This document shows positions 45,401-58,560 of a stretch of 64,000 nucleotides of DNA, in pieces. The notes beneath the pieces were generated by a model. It did no database searches, was not told the origin of the DNA, and saw nothing but the letters and a program-made list of their open reading frames with translations. The stretch is taken from NCBI RefSeq assembly GCF_018977255.1, contig NW_024704759.1, forward strand, positions 11,532,001-11,596,000, given 5' to 3'. A program made the translations under genes and the position numbers. The stretch is from Callorhinchus milii. Its lineage: Eukaryota. Positions within the stretch are counted from its first letter, which is position 1. Each line of letters begins with the position of its first letter.

Positions 45401-47034
45401 TTTCACAATCTAGTTTTGGGTAAACTGGCAGAATTCCACTTCCACAAGTCAAAACACTTTTATAATAATGTCCCTCTAATGTTACTTTTGCTGGTCTAAA
45501 TTGTGCCAGGCAAGTGGAATTTCCACTTCTGACAGACTCCAAGACCTTCTTCCAGGAAAGCTTCTTGTGTTGTATCTTTGAGTATGTATAATTTTAAACT
45601 TCAACAGATAATTAGTTGGATATAAAATAAGTGATTTACAGTTCAAAATCCAGCAATGTGTTCAACTCGTATCTGGTATTTTTCAGTCCGAAGGTGTAAC
45701 CCTAGCTTGCTGAGCCTTATCCAGCAGCAAGCATCACCAACATTGAGTCCAGCCAATACAAGTGCATTAGTGGTACATGGAACATTGCCGCCACCGACTT
45801 TAATCCAGTGGTGGGATGCCCAAAGCGTTGTGGGGCTTATTGTCTTCATTCTGTGTCTGCTGTATTCAAGGTAAGTTACCTTGCACATTTTACAGTTTAA
45901 TGGTGTCCAGTATATTGCCTGGTGGAAATAATTGGCCAAAATCATATACGTGGCTTAAAATGGTTGCTTAGTTGTCAGCCTAGTCCAGTTTGTAGCGCCC
46001 TCATCTCTTGAGCCAGAAGGGACTTTGAACTCATTCCAGGCTGACATTACAGTGCAGTGATGGGGGCAGTACTTCATTGTTGAGGTACTATTCTTCAGGT
46101 AAGACATTAAACTGGGAATTCCTCTGCTAGTTCAGGTGGATATTAAAGATTCCATGGCACTATCCGTAAAGAGAAAGGCTACAAATACAATTGGTCATTT
46201 GCTTCATGGCTATTTGTGGGATATTGGGCTGCCATGTTCGCTCATTGAACTTCAGAGTAACATCTTGTGAAGCGTTTTGAGATACCTTGACGATGTGATA
46301 AGGCACTGTATCAAACGCCAAGGATTATTATTCTGGTTATTCTGCTTAATTCCTACTTTTGTGCGAGTCGACCGTTGTTGCCCTTGAGGTCCAAGGTTGT
46401 CTGGAATAGCTCATTGCCTGCAATGTTTGTATTTGCAGTATTCGCACCTCCAACAACAGCCAGGTAAACAAGCTAACATTCTCGAGAAGCGAAGCTGTTA
46501 TGCTGGACGAATCGATGGCTGGAAGTGCTACGGATGTGAACGACGGAGATGGAGTACGAAGAGTTCAGGACAATGAGCAGGACGCAGTTCAGTACAGCTA
46601 CGCCTTCTTCCATTTCATGCTTTTCCTGGCTTCACTCTATATTATGATGACGTTGACAAACTGGTACAGGCAAGTAATTGCATTCAGGCAAAACCCTTTA
46701 CTTTTTTTTCCACAAGAGATTACATTTAATGTCAATAATTTGTGCCATTTGTCACTTTTATTGCATTGGTTATTGAACATGATAACTGATATAAAAGTAC
46801 AAAGCTTTTAATTTAGTTGATTATGGTGGAGGAGTGAGGAAACAACTCGTGTGCAACATTTTAAGTGACGTTCAATTTTTTTNCTCTCTTTACAGCCCAG
46901 ACGCTGATTTTAAGACCATGACAAGCAAGTGGCCTGCCGTTTGGGTGAAAATCAGTTCGAGTTGGGTTTGTCTCCTTTTATATGTCTGGACATTGGTGGC
47001 ACCCCTTGTACTCACCAACCGTGACTTTGACTAA
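39232..47034 (+). CDS. SERINC3: Serine incorporator 3, 10 coding exons, ~475 aa
   Basis: Exons: 39232-39270 ([13 protein letters not shown]), 41509-41670 ([17 protein letters not shown]), 41980-42173, 42889-42968 (FWFFK), 43517-43654 ([15 protein letters not shown]), 44124-44293, 44788-44878 ([10 protein letters not shown]), 45687-45870, 46439-46669 ([25 protein letters not shown]), 46896-47034 ([15 protein letters not shown]). Phases compatible, total 1428 nt; last intron GC-AG. Syntenic with PKIG and TTPAL. Confidence 0.93.
39417..39930 (+). repeat. (GAG)n / GGTGAG G-rich simple repeat in SERINC3 intron 1
   Basis: About 510 nt of GAG triplets punctuated by GGTGAG, with essentially no C on the + strand. 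Confidence 0.95.
40985..41430 (-). mobile_element. CR1-type LINE 3' fragment
   Basis: ATAGAATCATAGAA terminus, GGCCCATC hairpin region, and ORF2-like CCCCTCATAATTTTGAAAACTTCTATTAAGTCTCC on the + strand; recognised by eye. Confidence 0.7.
43240..43420 (-). mobile_element. Deu-domain SINE, 3' half
   Basis: (TAA)n CCTTGCATTTGATAT...GTGGGCGAAATGCGGCAGCCA...GAGTGACCAA. Confidence 0.85.
45985..46330 (+). mobile_element. Older, long-form Deu-SINE (SacSINE1/AmnSINE1-like)
   Basis: GGCTGACATTACAGTGCAGT...TTCAGGTGGATATTAAAGATTCCATGGCACTAT...TTGGTCATTT...TTTGTGGGAT resembles the Deu domain as I recall it; same tail as the younger family. Confidence 0.6.
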
Positions 47035-48700
47035 AGTGGTGTCTTTTTGTTTGAGCATTAGTTGTCTCAAAGGAAACAGAGTTCTTTTATCAAACATGAG
47101 ACCAAATCTATAAGTATGATTTTTAAAAAAAAATCTTTGCATATCTGAGAATATTTAAGGGGCCATACACTGGATGACTGTGTTGCAACAAGCATGAGAA
47201 TGTTTTTAGCCATAGCGATGCATGCTGAGATAGGGTAAATGCACTTTTTTTGCATTTTATTGAAAAGGGTCAGAAGGGAAAGCAAAATTTGTTTTGTTGA
47301 GGTTGTTTATTGTAGATTGTAACACAGTGGTGATATCAGCAGACTTTGCAACTATGTAAGTTTCTATATGTTATACGTAATGCTATATTTTTCAGAAGAA
47401 AGCTTTGTGCTTTCCTTGACCAAGATAATTTCTGCCTAATGGCTATTGCTTTTAAGAGATCTGCGCTCTTATTTTGTGCGGTGCTGTATTTTATATACAT
47501 GTTGCTCTACATTTCGAGATTTAAGAAATGAACATTAATTATAACAAAAGTTAACTTGTCTTGCTTGTATGATCGTGGCTGTGACGGGAGTAAAAAATGG
47601 GCTGATAAAACAATGGGCATAATTTCGAATGCATGTTGCAAATGAAGCCAAATCCAAATATTGTCTTTTTTAAAAAGAGGGTTAATGAGAAAATTAAAAG
47701 ATGTACTGAGCGGATGAATGTTCATTTATATGCCAATCAAAGTTGCATTCAACATTTAACATTTTATTATTAAAGCACTGGATAAATAAAACAAGCTAAT
47801 TGTGACTTATTTTATCATTTTACTTTACAAAATTGAACTATAAAGGCTCTTTCAATACAATGCTCTTGTTGAGTTTGGCTAGGAAAAAGTTTACCAGCTA
47901 ACGTAAAGATCATTCGCCTGTTGAAAGAATGTGTTTATTGTGTCTCTTTTAAGGTTGATCTGATATTGAAAGTAAACCAGAAAGTCAAATTGCATTACTG
48001 TAGTTTCAATTCAAATGAAACGGGGGCAGTTTTGTCACCGTTATAAAAATACACTGGATTATCTTGCCAAGATACTTGAAGAGGAGCATCTGTGTGGGAA
48101 TAGAGGATATCGTTTGGGCAGAATATTTTTTTTATGGGGAGGGCGAATTACAAAATGCTTCCAGCTTTTGGAAGAAATCTGCTTTACATCAGTTTTGTCT
48201 GTCAGCCAAACATTCACTAAGTTGCCTTAAAGGTCAAAAAAGATAAGCTTATTGATTTCATTTATGTAGACCTAAGCCTGCTTTACCTTATTTTTATACA
48301 TACCCAAGAAAAGGTATTTCAGGTACTATATCTGGGTGTCAAAAAAAACGTAAAACTCATTCTGATTTGTTTTTATATTCAAATTTAGAATCTTTTCACA
48401 GAGGTTTTATTGGGATCATTAACTTGAACAAAATGAATGTGAATTGGATTGTATTAGGCATTTTACATTAGTTGAGGTGAATTTATGCTCCATAGGGCAG
48501 CGGCTAATGTATGTAACAAATTCCTGTTTTGTTTTAAAACAGGAACTTCTAGTCAAATGTACAATGTATTTTAACTATCCACAATTACTAACTGATCCCC
48601 AAATATTTACATATATATAGCACAGATTAACCACAGAACATTACAAATTACACAACACACTCACTGAATGATGACAAAAAAACATTGGTGATTGCAAACA

Positions 48701-48715
48701 AATAAATGTTTTATT
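48701..48715. terminator. Back-to-back poly(A) hexamers between SERINC3 and TTPAL
   Basis: AATAAA-TGT-TTTATT. Confidence 0.45.
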
Positions 48716-50878
48716 GATGATTCTAACAAGTCTTAAAAAAANCACACACATTTTCCTTGGTGATGTTTGTCATGGAAAAAACACCAAAAGAAACGGTGGG
48801 TTTTTAATATTTATTGTTTTCTATTCAGTGGACAGTACTCAGACTATGACATTGATTCATTTTAAAAAACGATTTATGTGCCCCTTCCATTGATAACAAT
48901 TGGATAAACAGTAACCCATGCCCCCCCCCCTATAAAACATGATTTGTTTTACACCCACAAAAAGTAATACTATATATTATATATGTGGCAGATACTCCTA
49001 TACTTTAAAAAGAGCCCTGCCTATCTTAAATAAAACAGGGCTGTAGTAGAAAACACTGGTACTGTATGAGCAATGTGATTTAAACAATAAATGTACATTT
49101 GTAATAGTATATAAAAATATCTGCTCAGTAAATTGTTATTGACCTGACCTTCGGTTGGATATAAAGTGTGATTATCTGACCTTTGTAAATTGGGACCCAT
49201 TCTGGGATAGCGAGCTGGCACCAAGTAAATACAGCAGACTGAAAACTTAATCACATAAATAAAACTTTCTGGAGGCAAATTGGACAATGAATTATGGTGT
49301 TAATTGGGCAGCCTCATTGTGCAATAACCCACAATTCTTTTCTACTCTGAGAGCACACCGCTACACTGAAAGCACAAACTTCAGGGACAAATAATGTTGA
49401 TTCTCTCACTACTTTATTTGCAGAGTTCAAATATTGTGCTCGCGATGTTTAAGAGGTTTATTCTGAAAGGGATTCAGTAAATGCAAAGTTGGAGTTTGGC
49501 AAATAAAATTTGGCATTAAAACCTAAAATTGCTGAGGCTAACAATGAAAGGATGAATAGACCTTTCATAAGGTGCATAATTTACCAAGTTGCTGATAAAC
49601 TGTCTGCAATGATGTGGCCTCGATGACCCTCCCCACAAGTTCATAAGGTAAGTTCCCCTTCAGCATATTCCATCTCATTCTTCCCCAATATATACTTTGT
49701 TTTCCTATTTCATCAAACTGTTTATTAAATGGCACAAGCTCCCAGTCTCTACCATCATTCCTGGTAACCCATTCCAGCTCCTGATTACCCTCTCTTTTAA
49801 AAAAAAAAAATTTCTGGTGTCTGTACTAAAGCTGACCTCTGCAACCCTGAACTTGAGCCCTCTTCAGCTGCCTTGGTGTAAATATTGCTCTCGGTTTACT
49901 GTCTCCCTTTAAGCATCTTGTATATCTCTAGTACGTCCACCCTGTAAAAACCTCCTCTTCGAGGCCTTATTTTATTGAGTCATTCCTTATCGCTCGTCCC
50001 ACTAACACTGGGAGTCAACTCTCCTCTTGCATTAGGGACTGGGAAACCAACCTTGTTACATTGACAAGAACTCTTGGCTTTAAACATTCATAACTTCAAA
50101 TGAGACACGGTTGTATCAAAATGTTGGTCAAATCAGTTACAATTTATAACTATAACCCTGATTTCTATTATTTTCTCTAGAATTAGTAATATGACTGTTT
50201 CTGTCTCTATTAATACATCACTGTCTAGCCCCAACTAGAATGTGATACTGTTTGTGATGTTTTGCTAAAGGTTCCCTCGTTAGTAGCAAAACATAATAAA
50301 ACATCCCTTAACACGTTTCCCAAAAGAGCCAAATGAAAACACTGAAAACGTAGATGAGGGTTAATTTTCATTTGGGGGAAAAATTAAGCTTTATGTGACT
50401 TAGTAATATCTGTTTAAAAGTTCAGTACTGTAGGGAGTTAATCATAAAATGGAAGTGGCCATTTAGTCTATCGCCAAATCAGTTGTGATAAATCTCGTGC
50501 GTTTTGACTTCACTGATGACTTGACAGTGATTGTGAAAGATCAGATCACCTCTGCCACCATTTGTGCGATTTACCTAAATTGACATTAAAAAAAAATCGC
50601 AAATATTTTCTGAGACAGTGTAGGATAATATTTGATGTAGAAACTGCAGAATACTTGGTTTGTCTGCCACCATCTCAAACTGCTGGCAGGTTGGGAGAGT
50701 CAGCACTTACCAAATATATGTAAACCAGAAACTCTGCCTTCAAAAACGGAAACATTCGGTTGTACAGCCTTGTGTAACATCTGAGATGCCACCACCTACT
50801 TTAAAGTAGTCACACTTTGTTTAGGTCAAAAAGATACTCCTGACACCAAGGCATCCTTTTTTGCCAAATAAAGAAACA

Positions 50879-53281
50879 TTAATAACAGTAGTACAACTGT
50901 GACCTCCCTGTTCTAAAGGACTCATCACATGCTTGACCCGCTTGAACATTTTCCCCAAACTCAAGCTGCACAGGTGACTCATCCCTCGGTGAAAGTGTGT
51001 TGTTAAACTCCGCTAGAAACTCCTCCTCGAATGCCAACAGCGTCTCAGTCCAGGCTGCAGTGTCAAGTTTGCCTATCGTGCCCCCGTACTCCTCGGGAAG
51101 TATGCAGGGTGGTACATTCTTGTGAAGGGAGCTCAAATCAGAGCCGTGAAGGACAAACTAAAAGAAAGCAGAGGAACACAATACACTACTGGGATATCCG
51201 TGCACCTTAAAACAGTTACCATACCTTTATTGATTGGCAAAATATTTTGAATTATTTTGGAAAATATTTCAGGGGGAAAGATGCCAGGAATAATCCTCAG
51301 TGAAAAATGCTTTGGTTGCACACTTAGTAGAAATAATAATTATTCTTACACAACAGGAAGCAGGAATTCATTCTGTTATTTTACCTGGGATTAGCTTACG
51401 CTACCTACGCAGAGAACACGTAGATACTGTCAGCATGTCAGTGTTAGATACTGAGCACACACATCCAAGGGAATGTAAGAGGGAAATTGTTTTCGAGAAA
51501 TAAATGGAGCATTCCCTAACCTTTGTTTGTTTAACATTTCGTACTGACTAACATGATCACTAAGTACAGAACAGTGTTAGTTGGAGGGGTCCAAAGAGGA
51601 AAATAACAGTCATTGGAAGAAACAAACCAAAGTGAAATAATAAGTATAAAAATACAAGTTATAAAGTATCTTAGCTTCCTAGGGATCAGAAACAAGCACT
51701 GTGTTTGACGTATAGGATTTATTGAATGGTGTATAAAAGTAATTGAAAATGCTCACCCTTTCTGACATCTTCTCCTTCAGAAATGGTTTTATGATGGCAA
51801 AAATGCCCTTGAAGATTATGGGTTCGTTTATTATGTTGACCGTTTTTATTCTCATTGGAAATCCATCCTGTGAAGAGAATATAATTATAAAATAACGCAA
51901 ATACTTGTACAAAGTAGACATATTAACAAACATCAACAAACATTAATGTTCATGAACAACAACAAAATTACATTTATAGAGCGAGCGCCTTTCACATCGG
52001 GAGGACGTGCTAAAGCACTATTAAAACTCCAATATTAATCTATTATTAAGAGGTGATAGGAAATCGCCTTTGTTGTAAAATGTGCAAGTGTCTCAAGTCA
52101 TTGAATCTTCTTGAACACAATCTGTTTTCTCTAAGAAATAAAGTTGTAAAGCATGTGGGTAATATAGACACGTACAGTAAATCAAATACCAAATACAAAA
52201 ATAAATCGCAGCCCTGAAAACATCAAATTAATTTTGCATTTACCTGAAGAATTCCAATCAGCTTTTTGGCCATGAAGGGCCCAAGGTGCGTTGCCTGGGA
52301 CAAGCTAACTCCATTGTAGTCTGCAAGGATCACAGTTCCATTGACTTGATTGTCCTCTGTCCGCACAAGTTTCTCTAACGTTACATAAATGGCACGAATG
52401 CCATCTGTGATGGGATAATCTGAAGGCTTCCAGATTCCTAGAGCATTACAAAGTAGACATTGAGTTAGGCAGTCGATTTTTATGGCTTGGGATTCGCAAT
52501 TCAGCATTTGTGAATCAGAAATATTTGCAATTAACGTATCGAGCACAAATGCACAAGTGTTTCAAGTTGTTGAATCTTGTATATCATTTATATGAATAAC
52601 ACTTAGGAATATATCACAGGTGAATATCACTTATGAGTCCACAATATTAATATCTAGTGCCTAAATATAACAGCAGGAACAAAATACATTTGTATAGCGT
52701 CTTTCACGTCGGGTGGATGGCCCAAGGCGCTGGACAGTCAGGGATTCACTTAATTTCCAAACACTCTGGTTTTGTACTTTGGCAAATGTTCCTCAGTGTG
52801 CTGGGAGCTTACCTGGACGGATTACCAAGATGCGTCGGCCCAGTGAATCACGGTGAGGAAGAACAGTAAGAAACCCAGAGTCAAGAACATGTTTTATTGC
52901 AGACGGCCTCAAATTGTCAAAGACCTCAGGCCATGCCCTTTGGCTGCTATGGTAATTCACTAACAGCTTCAAAGCCCTGTCGTAGTCAAACTTGCGAGCT
53001 CGGAGGAAACGCAACAGGAAGCCATCATCCAAATTGGTTTTCAGGTTCGGCTGCTCCTTTAAGATCATATCCCTGAGGGCCTGCACATCTCTCAGTCTCC
53101 ATTCCGGTTTCTCCTGCAGCTCTTTTTGCGCTTTTGCAATCAGCTCCAGGCTCAGTGTACACACATAGGTCTCTTTGTGGGGCGAGCACGGTTTTTGGAG
53201 CTTTTCTGTTGCCAAAGATCCAGTGTCACCACAGGAAGCGTTCTCTTCCCCCGTTAGTAGCTTGTTGTTTGGTTGTTCCAT
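50879..53281 (-). CDS. TTPAL: Alpha-tocopherol transfer protein-like (CRAL-TRIO), 4 coding exons, ~350 aa
   Basis: Exons: 53281-52813 (ELQEKPEWRLRDVQALRDM, FLLRFLRARKFDYDRAL), 52437-52244 (QVNGTVILADY), 51867-51757 (DGFPMRIK...NEP), 51157-50879 (ILPEEYGG...SQLYYCY-stop). GT-AG introns with compatible phases, total 1053 nt. An acceptor site at 53291-53292 implies an upstream non-coding exon. Confidence 0.95.
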
Positions 53282-53409
53282 TGTAAAATGCTAGAGTGAC
53301 AGAAAGGAGAGTCAATATCATTTGGTCCATTCATGAACTCTACCGACAAAACAACAACGTGCAACACTGCCCTCAGATCGCTTAACGGTGGCGGAGCCCG
53401 ATGCTGAGC

Positions 53410-53570
53410 TGGACGGGAGGGCGGGACGGGGGGGGGGGGGGTGCGAGGTGACTGTAGGCACGGTCAAAGAGGAAGGTCTTCAAGCATGACCTGAAAATGG
53501 GGAGAGAGGGGGGAGCATGGTGAAGGAATTGAGGGAGAGAGTTCCGCAGCTTCGGGGCATAGCGGCTGAA
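53410..53570 (-). mobile_element. L2-clade LINE fragment
   Basis: Minus-strand translation FSRYAPKLRNSLPQ...FRSCLKTFLFDRAY. Confidence 0.8.
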
Positions 53571-55199
53571 CAAATGAATAGTTCTCACCTCGTTCAGAAT
53601 TCCATTGCACACCAATTTCAATTAACAGGCAGAGGTCGTCAGGCAAATGGATTCCATTGATTGGGTCTGGTTTGGTTAAGGTAATGTGGTGACCACAGGT
53701 CTCGATATTGCCTACGTTAAATCATGCCACTATGTTAAAGAGTAACGTGCCTAAGAGTTTGAGTCAACATGTAACAATTCATGTTACCGCATGCAGTTAC
53801 CACATTGAGTCACAGTGACCTACGAAAGCCCATATAAGGCAGAGGACGGGTTATTTATTTTAACATTGCCACTGACATTTTACCACTAGGAGCTCAGGTA
53901 GAGATATTAACTTTGTACGGGAAGCAAATCAATTTAATGTCTAGGCCAGGGGCAAGTATCCTTCCGATTTTAAATTATTCTGTGCGGCTCTAAAAGTAAA
54001 TCAATAGTTTGTACTGATGTTAGAATTCTTAAATCACGCAGCTGGTAACTGAACTTTTCGACAATCCTCTGATATTTATGTTTGGGAAATGCAAGAGAAA
54101 TAAGTGCGGACGACAATAGAATTATTGTATTGTGTTAAAGCTCTCTGAGCTACCAGTCGAGTTCTCTTTTCTCTTTGTAAAAATTAATTGGAACAGAAAT
54201 AACAGACGCTCACTGATATAACCGGCTGTAAAATTCCCGATGACCTTTCTTTCGTTCAGCTGGATGGCTTGTAAATTTTGATGCGATTACCAACATTGCC
54301 AATTCCTTATTCTCTGCGTAATTTATATTTCACCATAAACGACTGCAAGGGAGATCTTTGACAAAGGAACGTGTGCAATTCCACTGCAATACAGCATCGT
54401 TACTGCACAAAGACAGAACCTTCACTTTCTGATTCGTAACCTACCAAGACCCAGTAATTGAATGTCACTGTTTACAAGGCCAAATATTGTTAGAGAAACT
54501 ATTCAAGCACGTCAGAAAGTGTCGTAGGAAAATCTCGGGTCTTTCCTCGCTGTTTACCTACAATGCTAATTGCAATCAATCGCACTATGTGAAACGTAAA
54601 TCAAAAGTGTAAAAACAGGTCAGAAAATCCCAAGATACTACGTACAATTCACACACAAGTTTGCAGCTGTTGCTATTTCGCACGCCGCTGTGGAGATGTG
54701 ATTTTTTTATGAAACAAAATTACTTTCACTGGTAGCTTGCCCAAAAACAAGAGAATGAAGTTTGAGATCAAGATCCATTGCCGTTATCTGGTTACACTAT
54801 AAACACAGTCGGTGATATTGGCACCCAGTGCCCTCAAATGTTAATTTACAAATGCACCAGGTAACAAAATATATGCTCTCTCCCTCCCCCATAAAATAAA
54901 TACGAACCTTTTCTTGATCAGTCATAATTATACCCAGATCTTTTTCCACCTTCGTGCTTGCTCACTCTTACTGACCGCAGCAGCATCTGACCTGCATCTT
55001 TACCCTTGTTCAGCGCTCCGGGATGTCTTTCCGACGTGAAAGGCGCTATGTCAAGCGTAATTTGTTGCTGCTGCAGTTCCCTAGCAAGCAGCGCAATACC
55101 AGGTACAATAACTCGCAACTGTATAGCGCCCTCACACAGGGCAGCAACTCAGAGCATTTAACAGTGGCGGGAACCTAACACGATTCTGGGCAGGAGGTG

Positions 55200-55340
55200 A
55201 CCATACGCATGAAGTTCTTCGGTCGTGATCTAAAAGAAGGGGAGGAGGGGGCAAGGCAGAGGAGTTGGGGGAGACACTTCCAAAGCTTTGGGGCTTGGTG
55301 GCCGAAAGTGCGGCTGCCGATGGTGGAGTGGAGGGGCACG
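55200..55340 (-). mobile_element. L2-clade LINE fragment
   Basis: On +, GAGTTGGGGGAGACACTTCCAAAGCTTTGGGGC...GAAAGTGCGGCTGCCGATGGTGG is the reverse complement of the L2 'IGSRTF...APKLW' segment. Confidence 0.65.
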
Positions 55341-58254
55341 AGGTTTACCATCACACCGATCTGGGGGAGGTTTTGGATGTAGCAAGTTTGGCCGGCGGTA
55401 AACTATTACTTTCTTTTGCTTTAATTCCTAAGTGCTCTCTGACATGACACTGACGTTAAAACAAAAAGACCCATTGTTCCTGTAAAACATGTTAAGGCCA
55501 GGACACAATTTTCGGTGTCTGAAACACAGCAACACAAGTAATTCTGTTTTGTTATTAAATCCGTATTCACGTAATAAGTGTAGCAAATAAAAAAAAATCT
55601 CAGGCAGCCCGAACACGATTTGCAAGAATCAAGGTTGGGAAGGAACGACAAGATCAACAGGATTGAAGGGCCTTCCTTCTGCCTTCGAATCTCTCTTGTG
55701 ATCCTGCGAATGCCTGGTGTCTCGTCGTGGGTTTACATTATGGTTGGAAGAGATGTCATTATTGGCAGTTTTGTGACTTTTTTGTCTGATCATTGCGAAT
55801 CTAGCCATGTTTATTTGTTCTGGGGAGAAAGGTAGCATCTCTCTCTGTGTTAGTTCAGAAACTAACAGCACCTGCATTTTATTATGGGGGTAAGGGAGGA
55901 TGGATATTTGGTTCTGTAAGCTGTCAAATAACCAGGCCCACCACAAGCACAGAGCAACCAAGTGATAATGCCAGCTTTGGGGAGAAAAAAAGTGACAATT
56001 GGGGACTGACTGGTCTTGTCTGGTGGTAAAAGTCTGATAGTTAAATACCAGCTATTTCCTTGATTGAATGAATCATATATTCAGGCCCCAGCCAGCAAAC
56101 CAGGAAATGGATTGGGGTTCTTTAGATGCAGCAAATGAATCACTGGAGACCAGGAAAGCAGCAGTCAACAGAGCACAACAGCACAGCAGCCAAATACATT
56201 TGAATTCTATCACTTTTGCAGTGAGAGAGAGAGAGAGAGCAGGTAAATACATAAGGAGAGATTAGATGCCTGGCTAGATTCATTCATCTCCAACACAGAC
56301 AAAGTCACCATGGTGTGTGTGTGTGTGTGTATATATATATGTGTGTGTGTGTTCCTTGCAGAATGAGGCTGCATTTTCCTTTTTTTTTAGGTGATGCAAT
56401 GCAATTGCAATGCAATATAATGCAAATAAACGACCCTCCTTCCTGACAGTATTAAACTGTGACAAGCGCAGCACTAACCTGGCAGGTCCTCTGGTGTGTG
56501 CTCTGGAGAGGATTGCAACCTCACTCTAACCACCACAGCACTGATCTTGTGACACTGTCCTCTCCACCAGAGGGAGGAGGGAAGAGAGAGAGAGAGAGAG
56601 AGATACTGTGGCTTCCACTCCAGCGCCCTCGCCTGCTCACTCACAACGCAGCAATCTGCAACCTGGTAGCTCCATCAAGGTCACACCTAACCCAATAATA
56701 CTACAAAGAATAATAATAATAATAATAATAATCCTTGCAAGTTTCATTTCACCCATAAGGTATGCAGTCAAGAAGACGCGATAAGGCGCTACGTCAAATG
56801 CAAGGCTTCTTATTGACTTGTGATGATACTATTTATCGGTTATGATGATGATTTGATGTGACGCCCTTATTGGGTCGTCGAGACGTCTCAAAGCGCTTGA
56901 CAGGATGTTGTTTTTGTCTTTGAAAAGAGAGAACTTGCATTTTTTCTTAAACATCGAGAGCGCTTTATTGTGACGCTGAATCATCTGGAAGCAGCGTCGC
57001 AGAATTCTGTACACTTCATGAAGTGTCCAGGAGATGGAAACCTTTTACAAACACAGTTGTTGGCTGCCAAGCTGAGGGTACATAACAGGGAGGGAGGAAT
57101 TAACAAGTAAAGCCTCAAGTCAAATTGCAGATTTACTGAAACATATCAACAAAAGGCAATTGAAAACATTTCACTTTTTCATTAAAAGCCAACCTAACAC
57201 GAAAAAAAAAACTGGTTTAAATTTAGCTCTCCTCGAGTGTGCACACCGGTTTAGACTAAAATCTAATTTGCTTTTGAAAGTACTGGAGTGTAATTACAAA
57301 CCCGGTAGGTCGTGACAATGAACATTTAAGCAAGGTCATATGGGATCTCTACACTGATAGGATCGTGCGAAAATGTCTCAGGGGAGGGATTGCATTAGAA
57401 ATTAGACAAGTATTGCTGCACTAGCCAGGACGAGAGCTTACTGAGCTCTTCCGTATTAACATTCACAAAAGGTTTACGTTGGATTGTGGATCTGTAATAA
57501 GATTCATACAAATACCTACTCAATTTCTTGATTTCTGAATCCTCTGCTCTTGCCGCTTTCTCTCTCTCTCGATTCGGGCTCCTTCCTATCCCCTAGGTTT
57601 ATTTAGCCTTGATGTTCAGCACGCCTCAATCTTTAGTACTCATCCTTCTCTTCTTAGCTACTCTGCCCGGTTCATTAGTATTTTCTTCCGAACTCTGTTC
57701 TGCAGGCTCTCTTTCAGCTCAGCATGTGTCTCGATCTCGTGCATTTGTTGGCTGTAGTCCAATTTCTTTCTAACCTCTCCCTCAGATGTTTGACATCACA
57801 TTAATATTTTTACTGGTGTTTGAAGATTCTGAATTGGCCTCAGTCTATCATAACACAGTGGTTGTTTCCCTCCCCTCGTGTTGTTGATGCGGATTTTGCC
57901 ATTCATCTCCGAATCAAACAATTGGGTCCAAAAGAAACAGAATAAGAAATCATAGTAAAGAACCGGGAGTACTAAATGGTATATCGAAGCCAAATATTGT
58001 ATTATTTGACAAGCAGATTTGTTTAATTACATGAAGAATTTAATAATTTGCTGTATCTAGTTTTGTGTGGATGTCTAAAGCATTCAGTCCCAGACTGCGC
58101 TCTTAGCAAAATACAGAAGGATATTTTGATTATCTTCTTATATAAATGAACTGTAATTGTGGGAATAGATATGTGTGTGGATTATAGCAATGTATAGAAC
58201 TGGCCTGAAGAGGGTGCTCAGAGAAAGGTCTGTCTCTTTTTTTTATTGATTTAC

Positions 58255-58560
58255 CGGTGCCGTCTTTCTGATGAGACGTTAAACTGACATCTTTAAGCTA
58301 AATATCTGCCAATTCAGGGCGAAGCTGAAGATCCCATGGCACTGTTTGAAAAGAGAAGTGAATTTGTCCCAGTTTCCCGGCCAACAATCACCTGGATAAA
58401 ATTGGTGATTCACTTCATGGCTGTTTGTGGGGCACTACTATGTGGGAATTCGCTATCGCATTCGCCTACCAAATGCATAGCTACTCCGCTTTACTGTAAA
58501 TCCTGCGAAACGCTTTGAGATGTTCTCCCGACATGAAAGGTGCCAAATTCAACGAGGATT
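58255..58560 (+). mobile_element. Older, long-form Deu-SINE
   Basis: GATGAGACGTTAAAC...AAGATCCCATGGCACT...GCTGTTTGTGGG...GCTTTGAGATGTTCTCCCGACATGAAAGG. Confidence 0.6.
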
